From positions 9,351 through 73,350 of the forward strand of contig DATEIR010000064.1 of the NCBI GenBank assembly GCA_035278885.1: a stretch of 64,000 nt of DNA. Direction: 5' to 3'. This DNA comes from Gemmatimonadales bacterium (GTDB lineage Bacteria > Gemmatimonadota > Gemmatimonadetes > Gemmatimonadales > GWC2-71-9). The translations under genes were made by a program, and so were the position numbers. Of this stretch, positions 36,693 to 45,779 are shown one piece after another. Below the pieces are notes generated by a model. That model ran no database searches. It was not told where the DNA came from and saw only the letters and a list, made by a program, of their open reading frames with translations. Every line of letters starts with the position of its first letter. Position 1 is the first letter of the stretch.

Positions 36693-39281
36693 ATGTCGAA
36701 AGCCCGCCGGGCACCGGTCCGACGGCCGGCTCTTTTTGGCCCCGCGCTCGTGCTCACGTTCGCGGGGTTCCCAGCTGGGCTTGCCGCGCAGGTGCCCGGA
36801 CAGGATTCGCTGGTGCCCGGCAGCACCGTCCGCATGGCGGCCGGTCCGGAGTACGAGGCGGGCCTCGTGCACCGCTTCTTCTTCGGCAGCCGATACCGGA
36901 AGCTGTGGGCGACGCCGATCGAGGTTCCGGTCCTCGACCTGGAGACCTTCGCCGGCGGACTGCGACCCACGCGCAAAGGCGGCGGCGAGCAGACCCGATC
37001 GCTCCGCCTCCAGGGTGCCGACGGCAAGGAGTACAGCTTCCGGTCGGTGAACAAGGACCCCTCGGGCGCCCTCCCGCCCGAGCTGCGTGGGACCGCGGCC
37101 GCCGACGTCGTGCGCGATCAGACCAGCGCCGGCCACCCGGCCGGGGCGCTCGTCGTCGCGCCCATCCTCCGAGCCACCGGCGTTCTCCACGTCGAGCCGC
37201 AGCTCGTCGTCATGCCCCGTGATTCGTCCAGGCTGGGGCAGTTCACGGCCGAGTTCGGCGGGATGCTCGGGACCATCGAGGAACGGCCCGAGGAGGCCGA
37301 CGATGCCGCGGGCTTCGCCGGCGCGGCCGACATTATCAGCACCGACAAGCTGCTGGAGGAGCTGCGGGAGAGTCCCAGCGACCGGGTGGATGCGCGAGCC
37401 TATCTCGTCGCGCGCCTGCAGGACATCTATCTCGGCGACTGGGACCGGCACCGGGATCAGTGGCGCTGGGCCCGCTTCGGCGAGGAGAAGCCCCGCCGCT
37501 GGGTGCCGATTCCCCGTGACCGCGACCAGGCGCTCGCGCGCTACGACGGTTTTCTCCTGAGCTTCGCGCGCGCCAGCACACCGCAGCTGGTGCGCTTCGG
37601 CGCGGACTACGCCGGGATGCTGGGCCAGACCTGGAATGGCCGGGATATCGACCGTTGGTTTCTCACCGGGCTGGAGCGGCCGGTCTGGGATTCGATCGCC
37701 CTGGCGCTCCAGGCCAAGATCACCGACTCGGTCATCGCGGCGGCGGTGGCCGCGATGCCGCCGGCCTACCAGCCGCTGGATTCAGCCTGGCTGGGACACG
37801 CCCTGCGCCAGCGCCGCGACCATCTGCCCGACGCGGCCGAGGCGTTCTATCGCCACCTCGCCGGCGAGGTGGACGTCGAGGCGACCGACAAGGACGAGCT
37901 GATCACCGTGACCCGGCACGACGGCCGCTACACCTCGATCGCGGTGGCGCGGGTGGAGAAGGACGGCACCGTGGACCCGCCCTACTTCGAGCGGCGCTTC
38001 GATCATCAGGACACCAAGGAGGTCCGGCTTCATCTCGCGGAAGGGAATGATCGGGTGGTGGTAGAGGGGCCGGGCGGAGGCGGAATTCGGATCCGGGTGC
38101 TGGCCGACGGTGGCGCCGATTCGCTGGCCGACTCGTCCCGCGGAGGACGGCTGAAGCTGTACGCCCCGGACGGCAATGACGGGTTGGCGGCCGGCACCGA
38201 CGTAGCGGTCGACCGCTCCACCTACGAGCCTCGCTCGGCCGCCGTGCGCAACTGGGGCGACCGCTGGCTGAGCCAGACCTGGCTGGCCTACGGCCCGGAT
38301 CTCGGCGCGTTCTTCGGCGCCGGGGTGGCATTCACCCAGTACGGCTTCCACCGGGACCCGTTCGCCCATCGCTCGCGGATCCGGGTGGGATACTCCACCG
38401 GCGCGGCCACGGGACGTGCCGACTATGCCGGGGTGTGGTACCGGGAGAACTCCCGCGCGCACTTCAACCTGCTGGCCAGGGCATCGGGCATCGAAGTGCT
38501 CCGGTTTCACGGATTCGGCAACGAGATCAGCGCGGTGGAGGACAACGAGTTCTACCGGGTGAAGGAGACGGATATCAGTCTCTCCCCCTCCTACACCTTC
38601 CCGATCGCTTCCCGGATCGAGTTCTCGGTGGGGCCGCTGCTCAAGTTCACCGAGACCGACCTGGACGAAGATCGCTTCATCGCCGAGGCCCGGCCGTACG
38701 GCGCCGGGAACTTCGGCCGCTTCGGCCTCCTCGGTCGGCTGGAATACGAAGGACGCGATCGGCCGATCGCGGCGACGCGAGGAGCCTTCGTCCGAATCCA
38801 GGGCGGGTACTACCCCAGCATGCTCGACGTGGAGGAGGCCTTCGGCGAGGTCCACGCCATCGCGACGAGCTACTTCAGCGCCCCGTCGATGCCGCTCGAG
38901 CCCACGCTTTCCTTCCGCGCGGGAGGCAAGCGGGTCTGGGGCCGGTATCCCTACCAGGAGGCGGCGTACATCGGCGACATCTCCACCGTGCGGCTGGGCC
39001 GAGACAACCGCTACGGCGGGGATGCTTCTCTCTACGCCGGCTCCGAGCTCCGCCTGTTCCTCACCGAGTTCTACTTCCTCGCCCCCGGCGACCTCGGCGT
39101 GTTCGGTCTGGCGGATGTGGGACGGGTGTACCTCGAGGGCGAGGAGTCGGACGTATGGCACGGCGCGGCCGGCGGCGGCATCTGGCTCTCGCTGCTCGAC
39201 CGCGCCAACACCATGAGCCTCGCCGTCGCGAAGAGCGAGGAGAGGACCGGGGTGTATCTGACGGTGGGATTCGGGTTCTAG
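36693..39281 (+). CDS. Secreted protein: novel N-terminal domain (kinase-like DRH/DxD motif) fused to Omp85-type beta-barrel, paralog B
   Basis: Signal peptide ...LVLTFAGFPAGLAAQ. It shares FRSVNKDP, VLHVEPQLVVMP, LGDWDRHRDQWRWA and PIPRDRDQALARYDG with paralog A. C-terminal GLADVGRVY and a terminal ...LTVGFGF. Confidence 0.75.
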   Translation: MSKARRAPVRRPALFGPALVLTFAGFPAGLAAQVPGQDSLVPGSTVRMAAGPEYEAGLVHRFFFGSRYRKLWATPIEVPVLDLETFAGGLRPTRKGGGEQTRSLRLQGADGKEYSFRSVNKDPSGALPPELRGTAAADVVRDQTSAGHPAGALVVAPILRATGVLHVEPQLVVMPRDSSRLGQFTAEFGGMLGTIEERPEEADDAAGFAGAADIISTDKLLEELRESPSDRVDARAYLVARLQDIYLGDWDRHRDQWRWARFGEEKPRRWVPIPRDRDQALARYDGFLLSFARASTPQLVRFGADYAGMLGQTWNGRDIDRWFLTGLERPVWDSIALALQAKITDSVIAAAVAAMPPAYQPLDSAWLGHALRQRRDHLPDAAEAFYRHLAGEVDVEATDKDELITVTRHDGRYTSIAVARVEKDGTVDPPYFERRFDHQDTKEVRLHLAEGNDRVVVEGPGGGGIRIRVLADGGADSLADSSRGGRLKLYAPDGNDGLAAGTDVAVDRSTYEPRSAAVRNWGDRWLSQTWLAYGPDLGAFFGAGVAFTQYGFHRDPFAHRSRIRVGYSTGAATGRADYAGVWYRENSRAHFNLLARASGIEVLRFHGFGNEISAVEDNEFYRVKETDISLSPSYTFPIASRIEFSVGPLLKFTETDLDEDRFIAEARPYGAGNFGRFGLLGRLEYEGRDRPIAATRGAFVRIQGGYYPSMLDVEEAFGEVHAIATSYFSAPSMPLEPTLSFRAGGKRVWGRYPYQEAAYIGDISTVRLGRDNRYGGDASLYAGSELRLFLTEFYFLAPGDLGVFGLADVGRVYLEGEESDVWHGAAGGGIWLSLLDRANTMSLAVAKSEERTGVYLTVGFGF

Positions 39282-39331
39282 CGGGAAGGTGCGGGACGGG
39301 GCCGTGCAGCGCCCCGCCCCACCCCGAGCGG

Positions 39332-40339
39332 TCAGGCCGCGGTTTCGGTGGCCCGGGCGGCCTTCCGGGTCTCGACCTGGCGCTTGAGCCAGTCGATCTG
39401 GTCCTTGATGGACTGGCGGGTGGCCTTGCCGGCGAGCCACTCCAGGGCGCGGCGCCGCTCTTCCTCGGTGAACACGGGCGACTCGGCCAGCCGCTGATAA
39501 AAGGCGACCTGCTTCTCGGTCGGCGCATAGGGCCCGACCCGAGCCGGTGACTCGACGCGCTCCACCGGAAGCATCGGTGCCGCGGGTGCGGCAGGCACGG
39601 CGGCGGTCCCAGCCTGGTGGTCCACCACCCGGGCCTGGCCTCCTCGGCGCGCCGCGGCGATCACCTGCGCGCGGACGTTGCCGGGAATGAGCCGGAACCG
39701 CGCGTTCCGCGCGGCCTTCATGGCGCCGGCCTCGTACCAGTGGGGGTTGAGCTGCCGGCCCCGCCGGGTCACGACCTCCTCGCCCGCCAGAATGCGCCGA
39801 ACGAAGTCGCGAATCTCGGCCTCTTCGAAGTGGTCGGCCATCCAGGCCAGGTAATCTCGGCCGTCTTCGGTCTGGAGCAGCTCGCGGTACGTGCGGCCGC
39901 GGTACTTCTTGCCGGGCACCCTGGTATCGAGGTCGAGCTGGGCCGGGTCATAATACATGGGCTGGCGCTTGACCCCGATGACCTGGTCGAGACGGACGTC
40001 ATGGCCGTCGGGTGAGACGGCGAAGCGGGCCGCACGCACCTTGAAGAGCGCCTCCCGCTCCTCGCCGTCGCCCAGCACTTCGTACTGCAGATCCTCCTCG
40101 CGAATCACCTGCCCCTGCGAGACCAGCGCCATACAGCACTCGTCCACGCCGGTCTTGCTGAGACCGACCACCTCCTGGCCGCCCTCCTTGACGACGTACA
40201 CCAGGTCCTGGGCCGCCACGCCCTCCAGCTCCTTGCGGAGCGCCTCTTCATCCATCCGATCCATCAGCTGGAACGGATCCCATTGCGGCGGGGTCGGGAG
40301 CACCGACTCGTTGGGATTCGTGCTTGTATCCGACATCAT
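39332..40339 (-). CDS. Hypothetical protein (possible mobile-element origin; DUF3820-like PGKKYRGRTYREL...YLAWM motif)
   Basis: AGGAGG lies just upstream of tandem ATG ATG (40339/40336). No confident family. The central motif resembles the FGKYKG...YL.W segment seen in phage/ExoX-associated small domains. Confidence 0.55.
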   Translation of the reverse strand: MMSDTSTNPNESVLPTPPQWDPFQLMDRMDEEALRKELEGVAAQDLVYVVKEGGQEVVGLSKTGVDECCMALVSQGQVIREEDLQYEVLGDGEEREALFKVRAARFAVSPDGHDVRLDQVIGVKRQPMYYDPAQLDLDTRVPGKKYRGRTYRELLQTEDGRDYLAWMADHFEEAEIRDFVRRILAGEEVVTRRGRQLNPHWYEAGAMKAARNARFRLIPGNVRAQVIAAARRGGQARVVDHQAGTAAVPAAPAAPMLPVERVESPARVGPYAPTEKQVAFYQRLAESPVFTEEERRRALEWLAGKATRQSIKDQIDWLKRQVETRKAARATETAA

Positions 40340-40632
40340 GGCCTCCTGCCACTGGTCCGATAGCACCACGCCGGAATCGAGCAATCGGGTTCGCAACAAA
40401 CGGCGTTGGTGCGTTTAAACGTGCCTTCAATCTAATAGTCGAACGGGGTTGGTCAATACCGGTTAACTGTAACGCCGACAGTCACTTACAATTGTCGATT
40501 CGGTAAATTTTCGGGGAGCGATGTTTTGAAGGTGTTCGGATGCTGCTCCTGCCCGCCCACGGCCCAAAAACTCGAGGGGGGCCGGCCAATGCCAGCCCCC
40601 CTCAGGAGTGCGCAGGTGCTTGGGAGTGTCGA

Positions 40633-40812
40633 CTACTCATCGCGTTCGTTCTTGTAGAGCCAGTACTCGGGGCCAGCGAGGTTCTCAGGCCAATCGTCGA
40701 GGTGGAGATCCCCGCGCCACGCCTCGGGTTCGGCGGGCTCCCAATCCGCATCCGGCGTGTCCCAAGGGAGGTCTCCATCGCCTTCCCAAGGGCGCCCATC
40801 CTGTAGGCTCAT
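40633..40812 (-). CDS. Hypothetical small acidic Trp-rich protein (59 aa)
   Basis: AAGGAG lies 6 nt upstream of the in-frame ATG at 40812. Product: [59 protein letters not shown]. Confidence 0.4.
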   Translation of the reverse strand: MSLQDGRPWEGDGDLPWDTPDADWEPAEPEAWRGDLHLDDWPENLAGPEYWLYKNERDE

Positions 40813-41083
40813 ACCACGCTCCTTCGTGTTCCGGGGGGCACCTGCGCCGGCCTCTCGGAGCAAATGCCGGGCCGACTGCTGGGGTTCCATCCAGGCTTTC
40901 TATGGTCTGGCGAGCTGCCCGTCCCCCGCCTCACAACTATCGGCTAAGGGCGGGCTTTCGCGTGGTGGGCAGGGTCACGGGGCGGAGGATCGACTGGTCA
41001 CGCACCCTTGTGAACGGAAGTACGAGCAGAATGAGAGGGTCGAGCCGCCTGGCGGCGTCCCTACCGCAGGCCCGGGCTGTGGA

Positions 41084-41089
41084 CTACAA
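41084..41089 (+). promoter_or_regulatory. Possible -10 element (TACAAT) for tRNA-Pro
   Basis: Near-consensus TACAAT lies 16 nt upstream of the tRNA 5' end. No convincing -35 element. Confidence 0.3.
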
Positions 41090-41105
41090 TTCCCCTCCGC
41101 CGGAA

Positions 41106-41179
41106 CGGGACGTGGCGCAGTCCGGTAGCGCACTGCAATGGGGTTGCAGGGGTCGCGGGTTCAAATCCCGCCGTCCCGA
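41106..41179 (+). tRNA. tRNA-Pro (anticodon GGG)
   Basis: Hand-folded. Acceptor CGGGACG/CGTCCCG, D-arm GCGCAGTCCGGTAGCGC, anticodon stem CTGCA/TGCAG with loop ATGGGGT, T-arm GCGGG-TTCAAAT-CCCGC, discriminator A. Confidence 0.85.
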
Positions 41180-41189
41180 TGAGCACAAG

Positions 41190-41213
41190 AGGCCGACCTC
41201 TCGAGGTCGGCCT
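41190..41213 (+). terminator. Hairpin downstream of tRNA-Pro (putative terminator)
   Basis: GGCCGACC/GGTCGGCC stem (41191-41198 / 41205-41212) followed by a weak T-run (TTCTCAT). Confidence 0.4.
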
Positions 41214-41270
41214 TCTCATAGACGTCCGGACACCGTTCCCCGATCTCGATCCGTCCACTACCGAGGCTCT

Positions 41271-41744
41271 ATGCGCTCTGCCGCGCTCGCGTCCGCCGTT
41301 CTGCTTCTCGCTGCCTGCCGACCCGACGCACCCGCCGGTGGTGCGGCCGTCGGGGGAGCCTCCGCCGGCGGCTTCGCTGCGGAGCTGGCTGTCGACACCA
41401 CGGCCCTTACCCGGATGCCGTCTGGTCTGCGCTACCAGGATGTCAGCGTCGGATCGGGGGAAGAGGCGACCGCGGGCCGCACCGCCGTCGTGCACTACAC
41501 CGGCTGGCTGCCGGATGGGAAGAAGTTCGACAGCAGCCGGGACCGGGGTGAGCCCTTCTCGTTTCCGCTCGGCGCGGGCCAGGTCATCGCGGGTTGGGAT
41601 CAGGGTGTGGCGGGAATGAAGGTGGGTGGTCGCCGCAAGCTGGTCATCCCGCCCGAGCTGGGCTACGGCGCGGCGGGCGCGCCGCCCGACATCCCGCCCA
41701 ACGCCACCCTCGTCTTCGACGTGGAGCTGCTCGGGGTTCAGTAG
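41271..41744 (+). CDS. FKBP-type peptidyl-prolyl cis-trans isomerase lipoprotein
   Basis: In-frame ATG at 41271. Lipobox LLLAAC. Motifs [55 protein letters not shown]. Confidence 0.85.
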   Translation: MRSAALASAVLLLAACRPDAPAGGAAVGGASAGGFAAELAVDTTALTRMPSGLRYQDVSVGSGEEATAGRTAVVHYTGWLPDGKKFDSSRDRGEPFSFPLGAGQVIAGWDQGVAGMKVGGRRKLVIPPELGYGAAGAPPDIPPNATLVFDVELLGVQ

Positions 41745-41756
41745 CCGCGGGCTCGT

Positions 41757-42641
41757 TCAGTTGTCGTCATCGTGATCCCGGACCCGGTGATCCTGGCTGC
41801 CGGGGCGGACCAGGCTGATGGTGCCCTGGAACGACTCCAGCGTCACCTGGGCGCTGCCCGCCCCGATGGTGAAGTTGAATCGCTTGCCCTTGCGGGTCTC
41901 GGTCAGCGTCACCGGGAAGTCGGACTCGAATTCTCCATTGAAGGTGGACACCGCGACCGAGGCGCTGGCGTTTTCCGCCATGGCGAGCGTGATGTCGCCG
42001 TTGTGGGTGGAGAGCGAGTACCGCCCCCCGGCGTGCACCGGACCGTCGTAGCTCAGGTCGCCGTTCACCGAGGTGGCGGTCAGCGTCGTCGCATCGCTTC
42101 CCTCGAGGTCGACGCTGCCGTTGACGGTCTCGGTCGAGATCTCGCCGGCGCTGCGATGCACTTCCACGTCCGCGTTGACGGAGTTGGCCTCGATCCGCCC
42201 CTTGGCCCCGGTCACCGACACGCTCCCCTGCACCGACTTCACCGACACCAGGCCCTCGCCGCCCTCGGCGCTCACGTCGCCCTGTACCGTTTCCGCGGTG
42301 ATCTGCCCTCGCGCACCGGTGATGGTGATGTCGCTGTACACCGCGGAGATGTCGAGCGCCATCCAGGCCGGCACGGTGAGCTCGATATCGGTAGATGACG
42401 GCGGGCCGCGACGCCCGGTCGTCCGGACGCTCAGGGCGGTGGCGGAGCGCTCGATCTCGACCCGCCCCCGGCCGTCGGGGTCGGCCACCACGCGGACCGC
42501 GTTCTTGGGCCAGGTTTTCACGTCCACGTCGCCGGCGTAGAGATCGACCTCGAGCCGCTGCCCCTTCTCGACGGACACGGTGGAATCGATCTGCTGGATC
42601 AACGTCAGAGCCGCCAGAGCGGGCGCCAGGGCGAACAGCAC
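41757..42641 (-). CDS. DUF4097-family beta-strand-repeat (putative adhesin-like) protein
   Basis: Repeated G(D/S)V.V...G.I...SV.G(D/S) strands, and a position downstream of the anti-sigma gene. GTG start. Confidence 0.7.
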   Translation of the reverse strand: MLFALAPALAALTLIQQIDSTVSVEKGQRLEVDLYAGDVDVKTWPKNAVRVVADPDGRGRVEIERSATALSVRTTGRRGPPSSTDIELTVPAWMALDISAVYSDITITGARGQITAETVQGDVSAEGGEGLVSVKSVQGSVSVTGAKGRIEANSVNADVEVHRSAGEISTETVNGSVDLEGSDATTLTATSVNGDLSYDGPVHAGGRYSLSTHNGDITLAMAENASASVAVSTFNGEFESDFPVTLTETRKGKRFNFTIGAGSAQVTLESFQGTISLVRPGSQDHRVRDHDDDN

Positions 42642-42654
42642 GGGTGTGGTCCTT

Positions 42655-43347
42655 TCAGCTCGCGGCGGAGACCAGCGACGCGGCCTGCCGCAGCAGGTCG
42701 AGCTTCCGACGCATGGTCTCGGCGAGATGGGAGTTGAGATACGCGTTGGCGGAATCCGCCGCCACGGCGCGGCGAGCCTGCTCGATCGCCTGGTCGATGA
42801 CCCGAAGGTTCTGTTCCAGCACCCGCACCGTCGTGGTGTCGAGGCGTCCCCGGCCCTCTGCCAGCACCCGCTCCAAATCGGCCACGGCGGCGTCGTAGCC
42901 CGGCGCCGCGCGGCGCTGCCAGGACACCGGGGTCCCCAACCCGCTCTCCGCCGCCACGGCCCCGGGCGAGGCGGTACTCGCGGTCGCTGCCACGGGTCGC
43001 AAGCTCGGGCGGAGCAGCCACACCGAGCCGCCGGACAACACCATCAGGGCGATTCCTGCCGCCAGCAGCTGCGGCAGCGAGAAGGCGAAGCGGCGTGCTC
43101 CGGCGGCTCGGAGGGCACGACCCGGGGCAGGGGCCGCGCCGATCCGCGCCGCGATGCCGGGCCAGAGATCGGCCTCGGGACCGGTGGATTCGAGCGCGCG
43201 GGCCCGCGCCACGACCCGCCGAAGGTCCGCCAGGGTGGCCGAGCACTCGGCGCAGTGCGCCAGGTGCCGCTCCAGGTCGGCCCGGTCGGGTGCGGTAAGC
43301 TCGTCATCCAGATATTCCGACAGCCGGTCGGTCCACACGTCGCTCAT
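42655..43347 (-). CDS. Anti-sigma factor (zf-HC2 type), single-pass membrane
   Basis: In-frame ATG at 43347 follows GAGGAG. HLAHCAECS (H-x3-C-x2-C) motif and a central TM segment (LPQLLAAGIALMVLSGG). Confidence 0.75.
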   Translation of the reverse strand: MSDVWTDRLSEYLDDELTAPDRADLERHLAHCAECSATLADLRRVVARARALESTGPEADLWPGIAARIGAAPAPGRALRAAGARRFAFSLPQLLAAGIALMVLSGGSVWLLRPSLRPVAATASTASPGAVAAESGLGTPVSWQRRAAPGYDAAVADLERVLAEGRGRLDTTTVRVLEQNLRVIDQAIEQARRAVAADSANAYLNSHLAETMRRKLDLLRQAASLVSAAS

Positions 43348-43358
43348 AGACTCCTCGC

Positions 43359-43931
43359 TCACCGGTCGAGATGCTGCCGCAGTGCCATCCGGGCCCGGTG
43401 GAGCTGCGATTTGGAGGTCCCCGCCGCCAGGCCCAGCATGTCGGCGATCTCCTCGTGCCGATACCCTTCGATGTCGTGCAGCACGAACACCTGCTTGGCC
43501 CCCTCGGGCAGCCGCGAGATCGCGGCCTCCATGTCCACCGCGGCCTCCGGGGTCGCCCGCCGGCCGGGCAGGACCTCCAGCACCAGATCGCCTTCGAGGT
43601 GCCGTTTGCGCCGGATGCCGATCGTCTCCCGCCGGCTCAACAGCACGTTCACTGCGAGTCTGTGGAGCCAGGTGCCGAATGCCGACTCGCCGCGGAATGT
43701 GCCCAGCTTCTGCCAGGCCCTCACGAACACATCCTGCACCGCCTCGTCGGCCTCGTCGTCGCTCAGCATCCGCCGGGCGAGACCGTGGACCCGGTTCACG
43801 TGACCCCGATAGAGCCGCTCGAAGGCGTGGGCATCCCCGCTGGCCGCCAGGGTCGCGTCCACCGCGTCGGAATCGGTTCGCAGGGTCGGTTCGTGCGGCA
43901 GTGCCGTCGCTCCAGGGCCAGGTGACCTCAT
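43359..43931 (-). CDS. ECF-type RNA polymerase sigma-70 factor
   Basis: In-frame ATG at 43931. Region 2 ([15 protein letters not shown]) and region 4 ([33 protein letters not shown]). Confidence 0.85.
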   Translation of the reverse strand: MRSPGPGATALPHEPTLRTDSDAVDATLAASGDAHAFERLYRGHVNRVHGLARRMLSDDEADEAVQDVFVRAWQKLGTFRGESAFGTWLHRLAVNVLLSRRETIGIRRKRHLEGDLVLEVLPGRRATPEAAVDMEAAISRLPEGAKQVFVLHDIEGYRHEEIADMLGLAAGTSKSQLHRARMALRQHLDR

Positions 43932-44051
43932 CGCGGACCATTGGATCGCGCGATGGGCCAAAAGGTTGCCGCGGAAGCGGGGGAGGGGGAAGGGCTGGTG
44001 ATCGGCCTGGAGCACCCTAGATTCTCCGCCACCTTCTGCTTGGACCTCCCG

Positions 44052-45722
44052 ATGGCCTCCGCGACCCACACCATGCCGATCATCGCTCCCCGGGGCACCA
44101 CGCTCTCCTGCAAGGGGTGGCACCAGGAGGCAGCGCTCCGGATGCTGATGAACAACCTCGATACGGCCGTGGCCGAGCGGCCGGACGAGCTCATCGTCTA
44201 TGGGGGGAGCGGGAAGGCGGCGCGGAACTGGGAGTGCTACGAGCGAATCGTCGCGACGCTCCGCCGGCTGGAGAACGACGAGACCCTGCTGGTGCAGAGC
44301 GGCAAGCCCGTGGGTGTCTTCCGGACGCATGACGAGGCGCCCCGGGTCCTGATCGCCAACGCGCATCTGGTGCCACGCTGGGCCACCTGGGACGAGTTCC
44401 GCCGCCTCGAGGCTCTGGGGCTCACGATGTACGGCCAGATGACCGCGGGCTCCTGGATCTACATCGGCACCCAGGGGATCCTGCAGGGCACCTACGAGAC
44501 CTTCGCCGAGTGCGCCCGGCAGCACTTCGGGGGCACTCTCGCGGGGCGGCTGGTGGTGACCGGCGGGCTGGGCGGCATGGGTGGGGCCCAGCCGCTCGCG
44601 GCCACCATGAACGGCGCCGCCTTCCTGGGCGTGGACGTGGACGAGAGCCGGATCCGCCGCCGGGTGGAGACCGGTTACTGCGACCGGCTCGAGACCGACC
44701 TGAGCCGTGCGCTCGCGCTGGTCGACGATGCCCGCCGGCGGCGCCAGCCGCTGGCCGTCGGACTGGTCGGCAACGTCGCCGAGGTGCTGCCGGAGCTGGT
44801 TCGCCGCGGGGTCGTGCCGGACGTCCTGACCGATCAGACGTCCGCCCACGATCTCCGCCTGGGGTACATCCCCGCGGGCCTCGACCTGGCGCAGGCCGCG
44901 GAGCTGCGCGAGCGCGACCCGGCGGACTACGAGGCCCGGGTGCTCGACTCGATGACCGTCCACGTCCGTGCCATGCTCGATCTCCAGGCCCGGGGAGCGA
45001 TCACCTTCGACTACGGCAACAATCTCCGGGGACAGGTCGCCGACCACCGGGGGATGCGCGAGGCGTTCACCATCCCGGGCTTCGTGCCGGCCTTCATCCG
45101 GCCGCTCTTCTGTCGCGGCGCCGGGCCGTTCCGTTGGGCCGCGCTTTCCGGCGACCCCGCCGACATCGCCGAGACCGACCGCGCGGTGCTGGAGACGTTC
45201 CCCGGGAACGAGGCTCTGGCCCGCTGGATCCGGCAGGCCTCGGAGCGGGTCCAGTTCCAGGGGTTGCCGGCACGCATCTGCTGGCTGGAGTACGGCGAGC
45301 GCGCGGAGATGGGCCTCCGCTTCAACTGGCTGGTGAAGCACGGGAAGGTGCGGGCGCCGATCGTGATCGGACGGGACCACCTCGACACCGGCTCCGTCGC
45401 GTCACCCAACCGGGAGACCGAGGCCATGCGCGACGGCTCGGACGCCATCGCCGACTGGCCGCTGCTCAACGCGCTGCTCAACACCGCCTGCGGTGCCAGC
45501 TGGGTGTCCCTGCACCACGGCGGCGGCGTGGGCATCGGCTACTCCATCCACGCCGGCATGGTCGCGGTCGCGGACGGCACCGCCTCGGCAGACCGCCGGC
45601 TCGAGCGGGTGCTCACGGCCGATCCGGGTACCGGGGTCATGCGGCACGCGGATGCGGGGTACGAGATCGCCATCGACACGGCGCGCGAGCGTGGGGTGGA
45701 CCTGCCGATGATCAATGGGTGA
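44052..45722 (+). CDS. hutU: Urocanate hydratase
   Basis: [63 protein letters not shown] and DQTSAHD. The start is taken at the ATG giving [10 protein letters not shown]..., which yields a typical HutU length. Confidence 0.9.
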   Translation: MASATHTMPIIAPRGTTLSCKGWHQEAALRMLMNNLDTAVAERPDELIVYGGSGKAARNWECYERIVATLRRLENDETLLVQSGKPVGVFRTHDEAPRVLIANAHLVPRWATWDEFRRLEALGLTMYGQMTAGSWIYIGTQGILQGTYETFAECARQHFGGTLAGRLVVTGGLGGMGGAQPLAATMNGAAFLGVDVDESRIRRRVETGYCDRLETDLSRALALVDDARRRRQPLAVGLVGNVAEVLPELVRRGVVPDVLTDQTSAHDLRLGYIPAGLDLAQAAELRERDPADYEARVLDSMTVHVRAMLDLQARGAITFDYGNNLRGQVADHRGMREAFTIPGFVPAFIRPLFCRGAGPFRWAALSGDPADIAETDRAVLETFPGNEALARWIRQASERVQFQGLPARICWLEYGERAEMGLRFNWLVKHGKVRAPIVIGRDHLDTGSVASPNRETEAMRDGSDAIADWPLLNALLNTACGASWVSLHHGGGVGIGYSIHAGMVAVADGTASADRRLERVLTADPGTGVMRHADAGYEIAIDTARERGVDLPMING

Positions 45723-45779
45723 GCGGGCGGCGCGCGATGGGACTTCGATGCGTTCGACTACGCGCCTGCGGCGCTTCAG

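Noticed and set aside
27131-41179. Genomic island or prophage integrated at the tRNA genes
   Set aside because: I found no integrase, recombinase, transposase or phage structural genes. I also found no direct repeat of a tRNA 3' end by eye. Only the 39332-40890 segment looks possibly foreign, and it lies on the 5' side of tRNA-Pro.
40608-41270. N-terminal 221 codons of ORF 40608..41744
   Set aside because: This stretch reads through tRNA-Pro and its terminator hairpin. The FKBP lipoprotein begins at 41271.
43932-45380. Extension of the sigma-factor ORF to 673 aa
   Set aside because: The extension is antisense to hutU. Sigma-70 regions 2 and 4 are fully contained in the last 190 codons.
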